Origin: Thermoplasmata archaeon
Lineage (GTDB): Archaea > Thermoplasmatota > Thermoplasmata > RBG-16-68-12 > JAFNFQ01
Length of the DNA stretch: 64,000 bases
Direction of reading: 5' to 3'
Assembly: GCA_041489255.1 (NCBI GenBank)
Contig: JBGPQV010000012.1
Coordinates: 1 to 64,000, forward strand
Positions within the stretch are counted from its first letter, which is position 1, and every line of letters starts with the position of its first letter. Under the pieces are notes generated by a model. The model was not told the DNA's origin. It did not search any database and saw only the letters and a list, made by a program, of their open reading frames with translations. Position numbers and translations under genes: made by a program. Below are positions 36,561 through 47,500 of this stretch, one piece after another.

Positions 36561-39043
36561 TGGAAATCAAGAGATATTTGGCGGTCTGGTTAGCGATGTG
36601 GCTAGTATTCGCGGCTTTCGTAGGAATGACGGCGACAGCATTGCCGAACCATATTGTGGCGGGCGGAGTGTTCGGCCCTGGCAATGACAAGTCCCCGGGT
36701 GCTGCGAACCCGGCGAACGCGGTCGGCATGGTGTTCTATTCGACGAGCCAGCCCTCGTACACGCTGATCAACGGCCCTGACAGTTTCACGCCGGCGGACG
36801 GGACCGATCCCGCGGTATTCGCCGTCGACGTCGGCGTCGTCTGGGATTGGCTGGACGGGGACGAGATGGTCACTGTCTATGAGACCACGCTGGGTGTTGG
36901 CGGCTGGACAGGTGGCAACCACACTACCTCCAACACCACCATACTCCACACGGGATCGCCTGTGCAGGACATCGGCGACACGATCCTCGAGCCGTTCCCG
37001 GTTGTCACGCTGCTGAAGGGCGCCGACTGGATCCTTGCGTCGTGGTCGCCGTTGATCGACGCGGGCAGCAATGTGCAATCCTATCAGCTCTACCGGGCTT
37101 CTACTCCGGCGGGACCATTCGTCTCGATAGGGACCGTGGCCGATGCTCCTGGCGTCAAGTCGATCAACGACACGGGCCTGTCAATGGGTCCGGTTTGCTA
37201 CCAGCTGTCGGTGAACTACAGTAGAGACAACGTTGGCGGCCTGTACGAGACGGTTGGCCGGTCCGCGATGGTGTGCACGGTCATCACCGGGGTGCCGCCC
37301 TATGTGGTGAGCACGAATCCTGCGAACAATGATCTTAACGTGCCTCTCGCAGCCAACATCGTTGTGACGTTCAGCGAGGCGATGGACACGGCGACGGTCG
37401 CGTATCCAACCACTCCTTCCATCACGCTCACGCCCGCCTGGTCTGTCGGAGACACAGTCTTAACGCTGACCCATGCGACTCCATTCACTTCGTGTCAATC
37501 ATATCGCGTCGACATTTCAGGCCAGGACATGGACGGCAACGACCTGGTCCCGACGCCGACCACATGGAGCTTCACGGCCCTTTGCGACCTTCCATTCATC
37601 ATCACGACCAGCCCCGCCAGCGGAGCCAATGGCATCCGGCTGACAGCTCCGATCATCGTGACATTCAGCGAGGCGATGGACACGGTCACTTATCCGATCG
37701 CTCCGAGTATCACGCTGACTCCTGGCTGGTCGGCGGGCAATACGGTGCTCACGCTCACGCACGCCACTGCGCCTTTCGCCGCCGGGACCAGCTACCAGGT
37801 CACCATCACCGGGAAGGACTTGGATGGCAACGACCTCATCGCGGGCCCCGTGCCGAATCCCTGGACCTTCACGGCAAACAACCCGCCCACCGCGGACATC
37901 GATCCCTCAGACACGCTGGTCGGACTGTGCTGCAACGGTGACTCCGACCTCGTGATACCGTGGACGATGAGCGATGTCGAGACGCCTGTGAACGAGCTCA
38001 TCGTCTACCTGAACTACACGATGGGAGCGGCGACAAACGCGATCGCAGGCCCGCTCACGGGCCGCACGAGTTCAGATTCTTATGCATGGACGACACCGAT
38101 TAGCGACGGATCGGTCACGATCTTGCTTGAGGTCATAGACGGTGCGGGCGAATCGGCTCAGGACAGCAGCGCGAGCGTGAACATCGATTCCACGCCGCCG
38201 CAGGTCGATTCCGTCGTTCCTGCGGATGGATCGACCAGCGTGCCGACGGACTCCCAGGTCGTCATCAGATTCAGCGAGCCGATGCAGACGCCGACCGTGG
38301 TCGTTTCCTTCATGCCAGCCGTCTCGAACTTGGCGCTGGGCTGGGACGTTGTGAACATGAACGTGACGGTGACCCACGCGCCATTCGCTGCCAGCACTCA
38401 GTACACGATGACCGTGAATTCTACGGCGAGAGACACCTGCACTCCAGGCAACGAGATGGGCGCGGACAACACGACCACGTTCACGACCGGAACCGGCCCC
38501 AAGACCCCCCGGCCTCCCACGAACCTTGCGGTCTCATCGGTAGCCTACAACCAGGCCGTCCTGACATGGACCGCTCCGACGCAGTACACCGACGGATCCG
38601 CGCTGACGGTGACCCACTACAATGTCTACCGCGCGCCAACATCGACTGGAGTGAAGGTCTCCATCGGGACTCCGACATCGACAACGTTCACCGACACCAA
38701 TGTTGAGCAGGAGAAGACCTATTACTATTGGGTGACGGCGGTCAACGCGACCAGCATCGAGAGCGATTACAGCAACGAGGCCTCCACCACGATCCCCAAG
38801 CAGACAGCTGAGGGGGAGTTCCCCTGGATCTGGATCATCATTGCGCTCATCGTGATTCTGTTGGTCGTCGGCCTCATCCTGCTCATGCGCCGGAAGAAGC
38901 CGGAGGAACCGCTACCGGAGCCCTCAGAGGGTGAGGAACCGCCACCAGAACCAGAAGGCGCACCCGAGGAAGCTCCCCCCGAAGAAGCTCCTCCGGAGGA
39001 GACCTCCGAAGCCGCACCCGAGGAAAAGCCTGGCGGGCAATAG
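36557..39043 (+). CDS. Membrane-anchored surface protein: unique N-domain, FN3-like, 3 Big_5-like repeats, FN3, TM, Glu/Pro-rich tail
   Basis: ATGA overlap with the upstream stop; signal peptide; FPWIWIII..RRKK anchor. Confidence 0.85.
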   Translation: MMEIKRYLAVWLAMWLVFAAFVGMTATALPNHIVAGGVFGPGNDKSPGAANPANAVGMVFYSTSQPSYTLINGPDSFTPADGTDPAVFAVDVGVVWDWLDGDEMVTVYETTLGVGGWTGGNHTTSNTTILHTGSPVQDIGDTILEPFPVVTLLKGADWILASWSPLIDAGSNVQSYQLYRASTPAGPFVSIGTVADAPGVKSINDTGLSMGPVCYQLSVNYSRDNVGGLYETVGRSAMVCTVITGVPPYVVSTNPANNDLNVPLAANIVVTFSEAMDTATVAYPTTPSITLTPAWSVGDTVLTLTHATPFTSCQSYRVDISGQDMDGNDLVPTPTTWSFTALCDLPFIITTSPASGANGIRLTAPIIVTFSEAMDTVTYPIAPSITLTPGWSAGNTVLTLTHATAPFAAGTSYQVTITGKDLDGNDLIAGPVPNPWTFTANNPPTADIDPSDTLVGLCCNGDSDLVIPWTMSDVETPVNELIVYLNYTMGAATNAIAGPLTGRTSSDSYAWTTPISDGSVTILLEVIDGAGESAQDSSASVNIDSTPPQVDSVVPADGSTSVPTDSQVVIRFSEPMQTPTVVVSFMPAVSNLALGWDVVNMNVTVTHAPFAASTQYTMTVNSTARDTCTPGNEMGADNTTTFTTGTGPKTPRPPTNLAVSSVAYNQAVLTWTAPTQYTDGSALTVTHYNVYRAPTSTGVKVSIGTPTSTTFTDTNVEQEKTYYYWVTAVNATSIESDYSNEASTTIPKQTAEGEFPWIWIIIALIVILLVVGLILLMRRKKPEEPLPEPSEGEEPPPEPEGAPEEAPPEEAPPEETSEAAPEEKPGGQ

Positions 39044-39715
39044 ACGCAGATCCCCCACGCCCCGCGTTGGACAAGGGTGCCGCGAACAAGACCGACGTCG
39101 AGTGCACCACGTGAGGTACCAAGTGCGGGCTCTGAGCTTTGGCGGTGCAGGCCCAGATCTCGCTTGCGCGTTCCGGCTTGAGCTTGTCCGCCCCCGCGAA
39201 CGAAACCTGGGAGACTCCGCCGGAATCTGTGGGAAGCTCGAGACAAGCGAAGTGCTGGGGATTCCCTCAACCCGTTATTGGTCCGCAGAAGCCCCGCCAA
39301 AGTCGATTCAGGCGCGGGAAACATCCATCCGTGCGAGAGTCTGCGGTGCCTTCGTGTCAGCCCAGGGCGGGTCAAGGTATTATCCGATTTGATTCCATTC
39401 TGGATGGAGTGTCGCGGCGACACCGTTATATACGCATACCAGCAATATGGGTCCGAGGAACGCGCTGGGGAGAGGTTGGGTAGGTTACTCAGCGTGTCAG
39501 GAGGACGGGGTACCATGATGCGCAGGTCCGAATCGCTCCTCGTTTTTCTGAATTCTCCCTAAGTGCTCTCTTCCCTATGGAGTGAGAGGAGTGTCTTTGG
39601 CAGACCGAGCCCAAAGGGACAGAAGAACAGGCGGACCGCGCACAGCTGCGTCAATTGTCGGAGTGGGGGAGGTCGCGTCATTGGCCCGATGTCGCTTCAT
39701 CGGAGGGGGAATACG

Positions 39716-42700
39716 ATGAAAGACCATTTGGAGAATTTGAAAAAAGGAGTAGGCGCTTTGTGCATCGTCCTTGCGATGGTGCTCATGGCGTTTGTCGGAT
39801 TCGTGCAGGCACAATCCGGCAATGTGAGTGTGTCCCCTGAAGTGGGGACGCGTGGAGAGACCCTAGAGTCGGTCTCTTTGATGAACGGAGAGATAACACA
39901 AACCACTGTCGATCAGAACGGCAACCCAATCGATCAGAACCCACCCGTCGAGGAAATGCCAGCGCAGGCTGCGGCAGCTAGCGGTGGCATCGTCGATGGT
40001 TCGAAGAACGAGATCATAACGCCCGATGGGAAGATGATCATTGAGGTGGAAAAGCAAGCGGCCAGGAAGGCGGAATTGATGGAGTCACCGAACCGCCAAG
40101 TGACCTACGAATCGGAGAATGGACAGATCATAGTAAGAACGCGATCCATCCCCGGCTGGCTTGACGCAAACGGTCCTTACGGAGACGCGAACTGCTTCGA
40201 AGGCTCGTGCACGATCCACTTCAAGGTGGTCGTCCATGACAACCCGAACATAATCATGTTCCGCTGGGACTTCAACAACGATGGTGTGTTCGACTATCCC
40301 GCGCAGACGTCTCCCGGTCTTCTTGGCGACTGGGTCACGACCGCGGAGTTCGACTACACCTTCTACGACAACTACTACACCGACATTGTCGTGCAAGGGT
40401 GGGACGGGGTGAGCACCTACATCGTCATCAACACAGGTACCATCCTTGGCGGACTCTACAACTTCAACCTGACCTGGACGTGGATTGGAGCTACGTGGCG
40501 CCTCGTGGGCAACTACTTCAAGGCAAAGAAGGACTTCACCATCACGGATTTGGGCTACTACCAGTGGCCCGGCTACACGTACTACAAGATGTACATCTGG
40601 ATCAGAAATGCGGCCTATCCAGCCGGACGACTCGGCTTGTGCGACCCTACACACATCAACAGTCAATGGAACTGGTGCACCTTGCCGACCGCGGTGAACA
40701 TCGTTACAGGAACCGAGTACTGGCTCGGGCAGCGTATCGAGAGCACCCACCGTGGATGGACGACTGCCCCGCCGCCGCTGGCAGTCAACCCGTACATATC
40801 GCACCTGGGAGCAGGGTACATATTCTGCTATCTCGCGGACCCGGACCAATGCAATGCGAACACCCTCGGGAGTGCAGCCTACGCTCTCGGTGTCGACTTC
40901 AAGTACCGCGAGACTTTGGTCTTGCCAGACGTGGTGAGCGCCAAGTCGCACCTGCAGGTCTCGAACGTCGCACCGGACGTCTGGGGAGTTCGGACAGACC
41001 CGAGCCCAGGACTTGAGGGCACGCCGATAAAGTTCTACGGCACATTCCAAGATCCCGGAAGGGACGACACATGGCAATACCGCTGGCTATTCCCTGGCGG
41101 TGTGACAGGCCCGTGGCTGCCGGTCGATAAGCTGTCTGGCGGCGCGAGGGTACTCATACTCCACGCGTGGACCGGCGACGTTGTCCAAATCAAGGCAAAC
41201 ATCATTGCGATGTGCGGATCGTACTGCGTCAAGGTAGACGACCTGGACATGGGCGCGGCCGGACAGAATAGAGTGCCAGCCCTGTCGGAGTTGCTCCCGT
41301 ACGATGTCATAGTCGTCGGGACTAACTATGCGCCTGCAAGCGCGGTCGGCATTGGCGACCTCCTCGCGAATTACATGGATAAGGCTGGACCCACCGGAGG
41401 TGGAGTCGTCGAGATGACGTTCGCGTTCGCTAGCGCCACTTATGGCATCACAGGACGATGGCAGACTGACTACTATGCACCTTTGCCTAATGCCGCGATC
41501 CTCTACGCCACATCGACCCTAGGCACGATCTTCGTCCCGGGACACCCGCTCCTGGACGGCGTAGCCTCGTTGTCAGCCTACTACCGCCACTCAATCACTA
41601 CAGTCAACCCGGGCGCGACGAGAATTGCGAACTGGGCAAGCGGCCAGGTACTGGCAGCGACGAACGTGAACCCGATGGTCGCGAACGGCGCGCGCGCAGT
41701 TGCCCTGACATACTTCCCGGCGCTCAACGTGGGCGGCGACTACATACGGATGATCGTGAACGCGATAAAGTGGGCGTCTCGACAGCCGGACCCGGTTGTG
41801 AAGACGATGCCCATCGAGTTCGGTCCGTACGAACGCCTGATTCCGGACGATGACCCCACAACGACCACGCCAGTGGACCCTGTGCCTGTGAGCGTACAGG
41901 TTAAGGACGATGACGACGGCAAGTTCCTGGTCTACAACCAGAACCAGCTCTCGTTCAACGACTTCAACAGCGCGGTAGACTGTTACTGGGCATCGCCCAC
42001 CGTCTACAGTTGGCCGGCAGGTTGGAGCGTGAATCCGTCACATGGCTGGCGTTGCGAGGCCAATGCCAACTATGGGAGCCGCGCAGCAAGCATCCTCTGG
42101 GACTACAACGACCCTGTCTACGGGACAGGGAACGGGATTTCGGACCTGTACACGCCGAGCTACGACTTCACGGGATTCAACCTGGCCCGCATCGAATTCG
42201 ATACGGACTGGTACGGTCCCATGACGCCAGGTCCATCGGATGGCTACGTTCATGCATCCATTGACGGCGGAGCTACATACCCGATACTGCTCAAGGAATA
42301 CCACTCTCTCAACCCGTCGCGGTACACCGGTCACGTATTGATCGACTCGTATGCCCTAGGCGGGTACTCAAACGTCAAGATCCGCTTCGAGTATGTGAGC
42401 CATGACGACGTCTGGTGGTTCATCGACAACGTCAGGGTCACCGGGTTCTTCGCTGAGACCATCGACGGCCTCGGAGAGGCATCTGGGACGGCCCTGGTCG
42501 CGAACGTACCGCCAACCATAACTGGTGGCTTCGACAGCTCGTTCCGTCTCGAGGCGCAGGGGCTCGACTTCAAAGGTTTCCTGATCCAGGACCCGGCGCT
42601 GATGGCGTCGACTGAGTGGTTCGCATACTCTTGGAACATGGGCGACGGCACCCCGACGACGTGGTATTACAAGGGGACGATGACGGCGCCGAAGTTCAAG

Positions 42701-44416
42701 ATACTGCTGATCCATTCGCTGGACACCGTCGGCTGCACTACCTACTGTCTGGCTGGAGTGAACATGCTCTTGGCACTGGATGATGTCGCATTGGTGGACA
42801 CCTACAACTTCTTCCAGTCTCCGCCAACGGCTCCGTCCTTGACGCTCATGATGAACTACGACGTCATCATGGTCGCCGAGAACAACGCCTACATCGGCTC
42901 AGACCCGTGGGACACCGCGAAGCGCCTGACGGGCGACCGCCTCGCCTCATATCTTGAGGCGGGACGCGGCGGAGTTGTCACGTGGTTCGGTCCGTACACC
43001 GACGACTCGACCAACGGTCCGATCTGGGACCTCTTCGGACGCTTCAGGGACTGGGACTACGGCCCCTACGAGCGCGAGTTCAGGGTCGCATCAGCCGGAG
43101 TACTTGGCCCGATATTCGACCCGAGCCACGACGTCATGACGGGTGTTCGCTCCGGACAGGTGACCTTGACGTTCACCCAGATGGGAGCGAACAAGATGAC
43201 AGTCGGCGGACTGGGACTGGCGGCGGGAAAGAACGGCGTGAACCTCGCAGACACTCTGGCCGGCGGGCGCGCAGTCGGAGTCAAGGAGCTGACGAACGGC
43301 ATGCGTGTCGTGCACATCGGCGCCTTCCTGGCGAATGCCGGTGCCGACATGCCTAAGTTGGCTCGAAACGCGATCGGCTGGGCAGCTGGCGGCATCCCGA
43401 ACGAGAAGATACCCGCGTTCAACTACCAGTACGGTGACAACGGCGTCTACGATGTCGAGCTGAATGTCATCGACGACGACATGGGCTACATCTGGGACCC
43501 GGTGAACAGCGTACCGGTCGAGGTCATACCCGGCATGCCGTACATCCAGAGGTTCATGACCGTCACCGTCGACAACGTGGACCCGACGATCATACCCAGC
43601 GGCACAGGCGGCGGCTTCGGGGCATTCATCGCATCGATTGTCTGCGTGCGAGTGTCTGGTCAGGCAGGGAACTCGGTCACAGTGGACATCTACGAGGACG
43701 GCACGCTTGTCGCTACGACGACAACGATAAGGACCGGCTCAGACCCGAACCCTGACGATGAGAAGTGCGGTCTGTTCAAGATCGACGTGCTGAAGGCCCA
43801 CACCTACGAAGCCACGATCACCTACGACGCGCCAAACGGTGGCAGCAACCCAACCTGGTTGATATTCAACCCATGGCGCGACCCGGTGACCCCTGGCCAC
43901 GGTACGGTGTCCTGGAAGTACGATCTCGACAAGGGCGGCCAAGTGATCACTCAGCCTCTCTCCACGCTGAAGGGAGGGCTGCTCGACCATGGCCAAGGCG
44001 CGAAGATCGACTTCTCGGCAGATGCCTACGATCCCGGCACGGACGACTTGGCGTTCTTCTGGATGTGGGGCGCGGTGACTAACTCACCGTACCAGGTCCC
44101 GAACGACCCGACCATGGTGTACCAGATCAACGTGCACCACAACAACGGAATGCCAACAAGCGACGGAATCCTGGCTGACCCGCAGCACCTCGGGTTCTCG
44201 GAGCCGTTCTTCGACAGGGCGGCAAACACGGGAACAAGCCCGATCGGAACGATGAATTACCGTGTCCACGACACGGCTGTGCATGCCTTCGACATGGAGC
44301 AGACGATGTACTACGTGGTTTTGATCGTCTTCGACGACGACAACGGCCGCGGGTACGCGTCGCCGTTCCAGACCGACGGCATAGACATGGACTTCATCTT
44401 CCTGGACCTGAGCTAG
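39716..44416 (+). CDS. Giant secreted PKD-repeat protein with inserted alpha/beta and jelly-roll domains
   Basis: SD GGAGG plus ATG 39716; signal peptide; PKD motifs (RWDFNNDG, WNMGDG, YGDNGVY, V.NV.P); no C-terminal TM. Confidence 0.8.
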   Translation: MKDHLENLKKGVGALCIVLAMVLMAFVGFVQAQSGNVSVSPEVGTRGETLESVSLMNGEITQTTVDQNGNPIDQNPPVEEMPAQAAAASGGIVDGSKNEIITPDGKMIIEVEKQAARKAELMESPNRQVTYESENGQIIVRTRSIPGWLDANGPYGDANCFEGSCTIHFKVVVHDNPNIIMFRWDFNNDGVFDYPAQTSPGLLGDWVTTAEFDYTFYDNYYTDIVVQGWDGVSTYIVINTGTILGGLYNFNLTWTWIGATWRLVGNYFKAKKDFTITDLGYYQWPGYTYYKMYIWIRNAAYPAGRLGLCDPTHINSQWNWCTLPTAVNIVTGTEYWLGQRIESTHRGWTTAPPPLAVNPYISHLGAGYIFCYLADPDQCNANTLGSAAYALGVDFKYRETLVLPDVVSAKSHLQVSNVAPDVWGVRTDPSPGLEGTPIKFYGTFQDPGRDDTWQYRWLFPGGVTGPWLPVDKLSGGARVLILHAWTGDVVQIKANIIAMCGSYCVKVDDLDMGAAGQNRVPALSELLPYDVIVVGTNYAPASAVGIGDLLANYMDKAGPTGGGVVEMTFAFASATYGITGRWQTDYYAPLPNAAILYATSTLGTIFVPGHPLLDGVASLSAYYRHSITTVNPGATRIANWASGQVLAATNVNPMVANGARAVALTYFPALNVGGDYIRMIVNAIKWASRQPDPVVKTMPIEFGPYERLIPDDDPTTTTPVDPVPVSVQVKDDDDGKFLVYNQNQLSFNDFNSAVDCYWASPTVYSWPAGWSVNPSHGWRCEANANYGSRAASILWDYNDPVYGTGNGISDLYTPSYDFTGFNLARIEFDTDWYGPMTPGPSDGYVHASIDGGATYPILLKEYHSLNPSRYTGHVLIDSYALGGYSNVKIRFEYVSHDDVWWFIDNVRVTGFFAETIDGLGEASGTALVANVPPTITGGFDSSFRLEAQGLDFKGFLIQDPALMASTEWFAYSWNMGDGTPTTWYYKGTMTAPKFKILLIHSLDTVGCTTYCLAGVNMLLALDDVALVDTYNFFQSPPTAPSLTLMMNYDVIMVAENNAYIGSDPWDTAKRLTGDRLASYLEAGRGGVVTWFGPYTDDSTNGPIWDLFGRFRDWDYGPYEREFRVASAGVLGPIFDPSHDVMTGVRSGQVTLTFTQMGANKMTVGGLGLAAGKNGVNLADTLAGGRAVGVKELTNGMRVVHIGAFLANAGADMPKLARNAIGWAAGGIPNEKIPAFNYQYGDNGVYDVELNVIDDDMGYIWDPVNSVPVEVIPGMPYIQRFMTVTVDNVDPTIIPSGTGGGFGAFIASIVCVRVSGQAGNSVTVDIYEDGTLVATTTTIRTGSDPNPDDEKCGLFKIDVLKAHTYEATITYDAPNGGSNPTWLIFNPWRDPVTPGHGTVSWKYDLDKGGQVITQPLSTLKGGLLDHGQGAKIDFSADAYDPGTDDLAFFWMWGAVTNSPYQVPNDPTMVYQINVHHNNGMPTSDGILADPQHLGFSEPFFDRAANTGTSPIGTMNYRVHDTAVHAFDMEQTMYYVVLIVFDDDNGRGYASPFQTDGIDMDFIFLDLS

Positions 44417-44429
44417 ACAGGACGACAAT

Positions 44430-44464
44430 GGAGGGGCCAACGCCCCTCCCTTTTACCCTTTTTC
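44430..44464 (+). terminator. Hairpin plus T-tract terminator
   Basis: GGAGGGGC-caac-GCCCCTCC followed by ctttt-accc-ttttt, starting 14 nt after stop 44416, between convergent genes. Confidence 0.75.
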
Positions 44465-44585
44465 AACTCTCTTGTTGACAGCGCAGGCACCGCATCCCCG
44501 ATCGCGCCCGCCGATGCATCGCTGTGATTCCTTGTTCGAAGGGTGCGCAATCAATCCGGCATGCGTACCGGTCGGCAGTCGCGGC

Positions 44586-47500
44586 TCACTTCCCGCCTTT
44601 GTCCTCGGCGGGCTCGTCGGCCTTCTCCGTCTCAGGTTTCTTGGTCTCCACCGCCACTGCGCCTCCTTTGCTGGGAGCGCTCGTCTTCGTTTCTTCCGCC
44701 TTCTTCTGCAAGGTCGCAGCGGTCTTTCCCCCGCCAGGTTTGACCGTCTTCCCCGCCTCAGTCTTCTTGGCCGCAGCCGCAGGGGTGCTCTTCTTGGCGG
44801 GGCCGCTCGCCTTCGCTCCTTCCGGCTTCTTCTGCATCGCCACGGCGACCTTCCCCTCGCCGGGCTTGCCGACCTGCTTCACATCGGCTTTCTTCTGAGT
44901 GGCGGCGGCGGGCTTTGTCTGACCCGGTCTAACGGCCTTCTTCTGAGCGACCGCGGATGCCTTGCCCTTCTCCCTCCTCCCGCGTCGCAGCAGGAACAGC
45001 ACGAGGATTCCAAGTAGCAACAGCCCCGCCGCCAGCCCCGCCACGATGCCCAGCAGCCACGCAGGTATCCCATCGCCGCCTGACGCCCGCGTCAGGACGA
45101 TGTCGCCGAGATCCGCGACGCTCTGGTTCAGCCGAGGCTGGGCAGAGAGGGTCCGCGGGTTGAACCCGTAAGCGCTCACGCGGACCGTGTAGAGGCGCAG
45201 GTCAAGGTTGAGAATTCGGAACACTCCGTCCCCGCCAGTGACGTTCGCGCGGACGACGGTGCTGTCAGCCAGCAGTTCGACGAGTGCCCCGGAGATCGGC
45301 GCATTCCCGCCCATGATTCGGCCCCTCACCTCGCCGCGCGTCGGCGGCGGGCCGGCACCGATCGTCGAGAAGTGCCAGACCGTCGCGTTGCCAGCGTACT
45401 CCCATCCGTCGGTGGCCCCTAGCCTCCAATAGTGCGTTGTGGCTTCGGCCAGGTGGAGGGTAACGCTCGGGACATCAGACGTGCCCGTCACCGAGGTCCC
45501 GAATCCCTCGTCCTCGCTGATCCAGTACTGGTATTTGACAGCGTCGCCGTCCGCGTCGGTCGCCGGTTGCCACATGAGGGTGACGTTCGGGTCGAGATCG
45601 ACCGATCCGTTCGAGGGGGAGAAGGGCGGCGGGACAGATGGCGGGGAGTTCAGCCTGAAATACGCCTCCGCAGGAGCCGACCAGGCCACCCCGTCGGACA
45701 CCGACACTCTCATCTGGAGCGCGGTGCTCCTTGTGAGGGTGGAGCCGTTGTAAGCGATCGAGCTCGTGCTGCCCGTGCCGTTCTGGAACCAGAGGAGCGT
45801 CGGAGGCGAGACCAGGCCGACCGAGACGTTGTAGGCGGCTTGGGTGAGGTCGCCGCTGTTCGCGTCGAGGAACTGCCACCCGAGGACGGGCGCGTCCGAG
45901 CGGACATGGCTGATTCCCTCGGTGCCGCCCGCATGGCCGTCGACTGTGAGGCCGATCGCCTCCGGGGGCGCGTTTATCAGCGCCCGCGTCGACCTGATCG
46001 TCGAGAACGACTGCACGTAGTCGGAGGACTCTACGGAGACGTAGCTGGAGTCCTTGACCTCGAGTCCTACCGTCGCGTCCGCGGTGCCGGGACGGGCGAA
46101 ATCGACGAGGAGGATGAGCGAGGTGGACGCGGACTGAACCACCTGCAAGGAGACGGGGAACATCACCGTGCCTGAGGTAGGAGCGCTCGCCCCGAGGAGC
46201 TGGTCCGGGCCGGTCACCGTGCCTGAATAGTCCAGGTCGTTGTACATGAGGATCCTGTCAACGTCCGTGTCGCTCGCTGTCCCTATGCGATCCACGCGGA
46301 TGCCGGTGACGTTTATGTCCGGGTCGGACGTGAAGAGGAAGAGCTGGAGGAAGGGCACAAGCTGCGCTCCCTCATCGACCATGATTGGAGCGAGATCCAC
46401 GCCCGCCACCGAGAGGAGGTCTGGCGGTTTGGCGAGGACGTATGGTCCGAAGAAGATCACGGAAAGCACGGTGTTGTTGTTGTCGGAGGCGTTGAACTGG
46501 TATGAGTAGTTCAGTCCGGGCGCCGTCAGGATGACCGAGGCTCCGAAGATGGCGCCGGCAGAGTAGTTGTCGGGATCCGCTATCCAACCCATGTTCGCGA
46601 GCGCGATCGATGCCAGGCCGACGTCTCCCATGAAAAGGGACACGTCGATCGATTTCGGGGCGACACCCTCAGCATCCTGGTACACCACACGATAGGTGAA
46701 CGTGTCGCCTGCGATCCCTTGGACGGGTGACACGGTCCCGCCGAGGAGACCCGGCGGCTGGTCGGGGCAGTAGACCACCGGGCCGTTCCTGTCCTGAGTG
46801 GAGTTCGTCAGCCCGCGCGAATCTCGGACGGAGAAATGGTAGGAAAACGATCCCCCGCATTGAAGACCCATCAGCCCCCGCACAAACACATACCCGTCGC
46901 GAAAGTCGTGGTCGCTCGGGTCCTCGGCGGTCATCAGGAACGGTCCGCCCGCGATTTCCACGCCTCCCCGCAGGACGTGCAGCAGGGGCTGACCGATGGC
47001 GGGTGGGTTATTGTCGACATCGGAGTACGAGATTCTCCAGAGGAACGTCCCGTCCGATGATCCCGATTCGGGGTCAAGCCCATCGGTCTCGTAACCCAGG
47101 TCGCCAACCCAGTCAAGGGCGGGAGGCTGGTTCGGTGCGGACCCTCGGGCGAGCACAAGATTCCCGAAGTGCGTGAGCGGCGGGAGAGGAGCGAACAGGA
47201 GGGGCCACGTGGACCGATTGCCAGCGGCCAAGAGGCCGTTGTATGGCGGGGCCGCCAGGGCGAACCGCAGCACCGTATTCGGAGGGATGGGCAAGGGAAC
47301 TCCAAGGACAGCGAGGGGGATCGCGAACTCGTAGAAGCGGTGTGGGGTCGTCGAGAAAGCCGTCGCGCCGATACCTGCCGCGCAGGAGGGAACCAAGATG
47401 TCCCCCGTTGGAGGGGCGCGCAGGCACGAGCCGATCGACCTCCACGCGCCCGCGCCGGAGTTGTACTGGAGATGCCAGCCCTCTGTCGCGTTGACCGCGA

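Noticed and set aside
39103-39126. TGA in CTT*G as selenocysteine
   Set aside because: It is out of frame with the gene and behind a TAG; no SECIS element was recognised.
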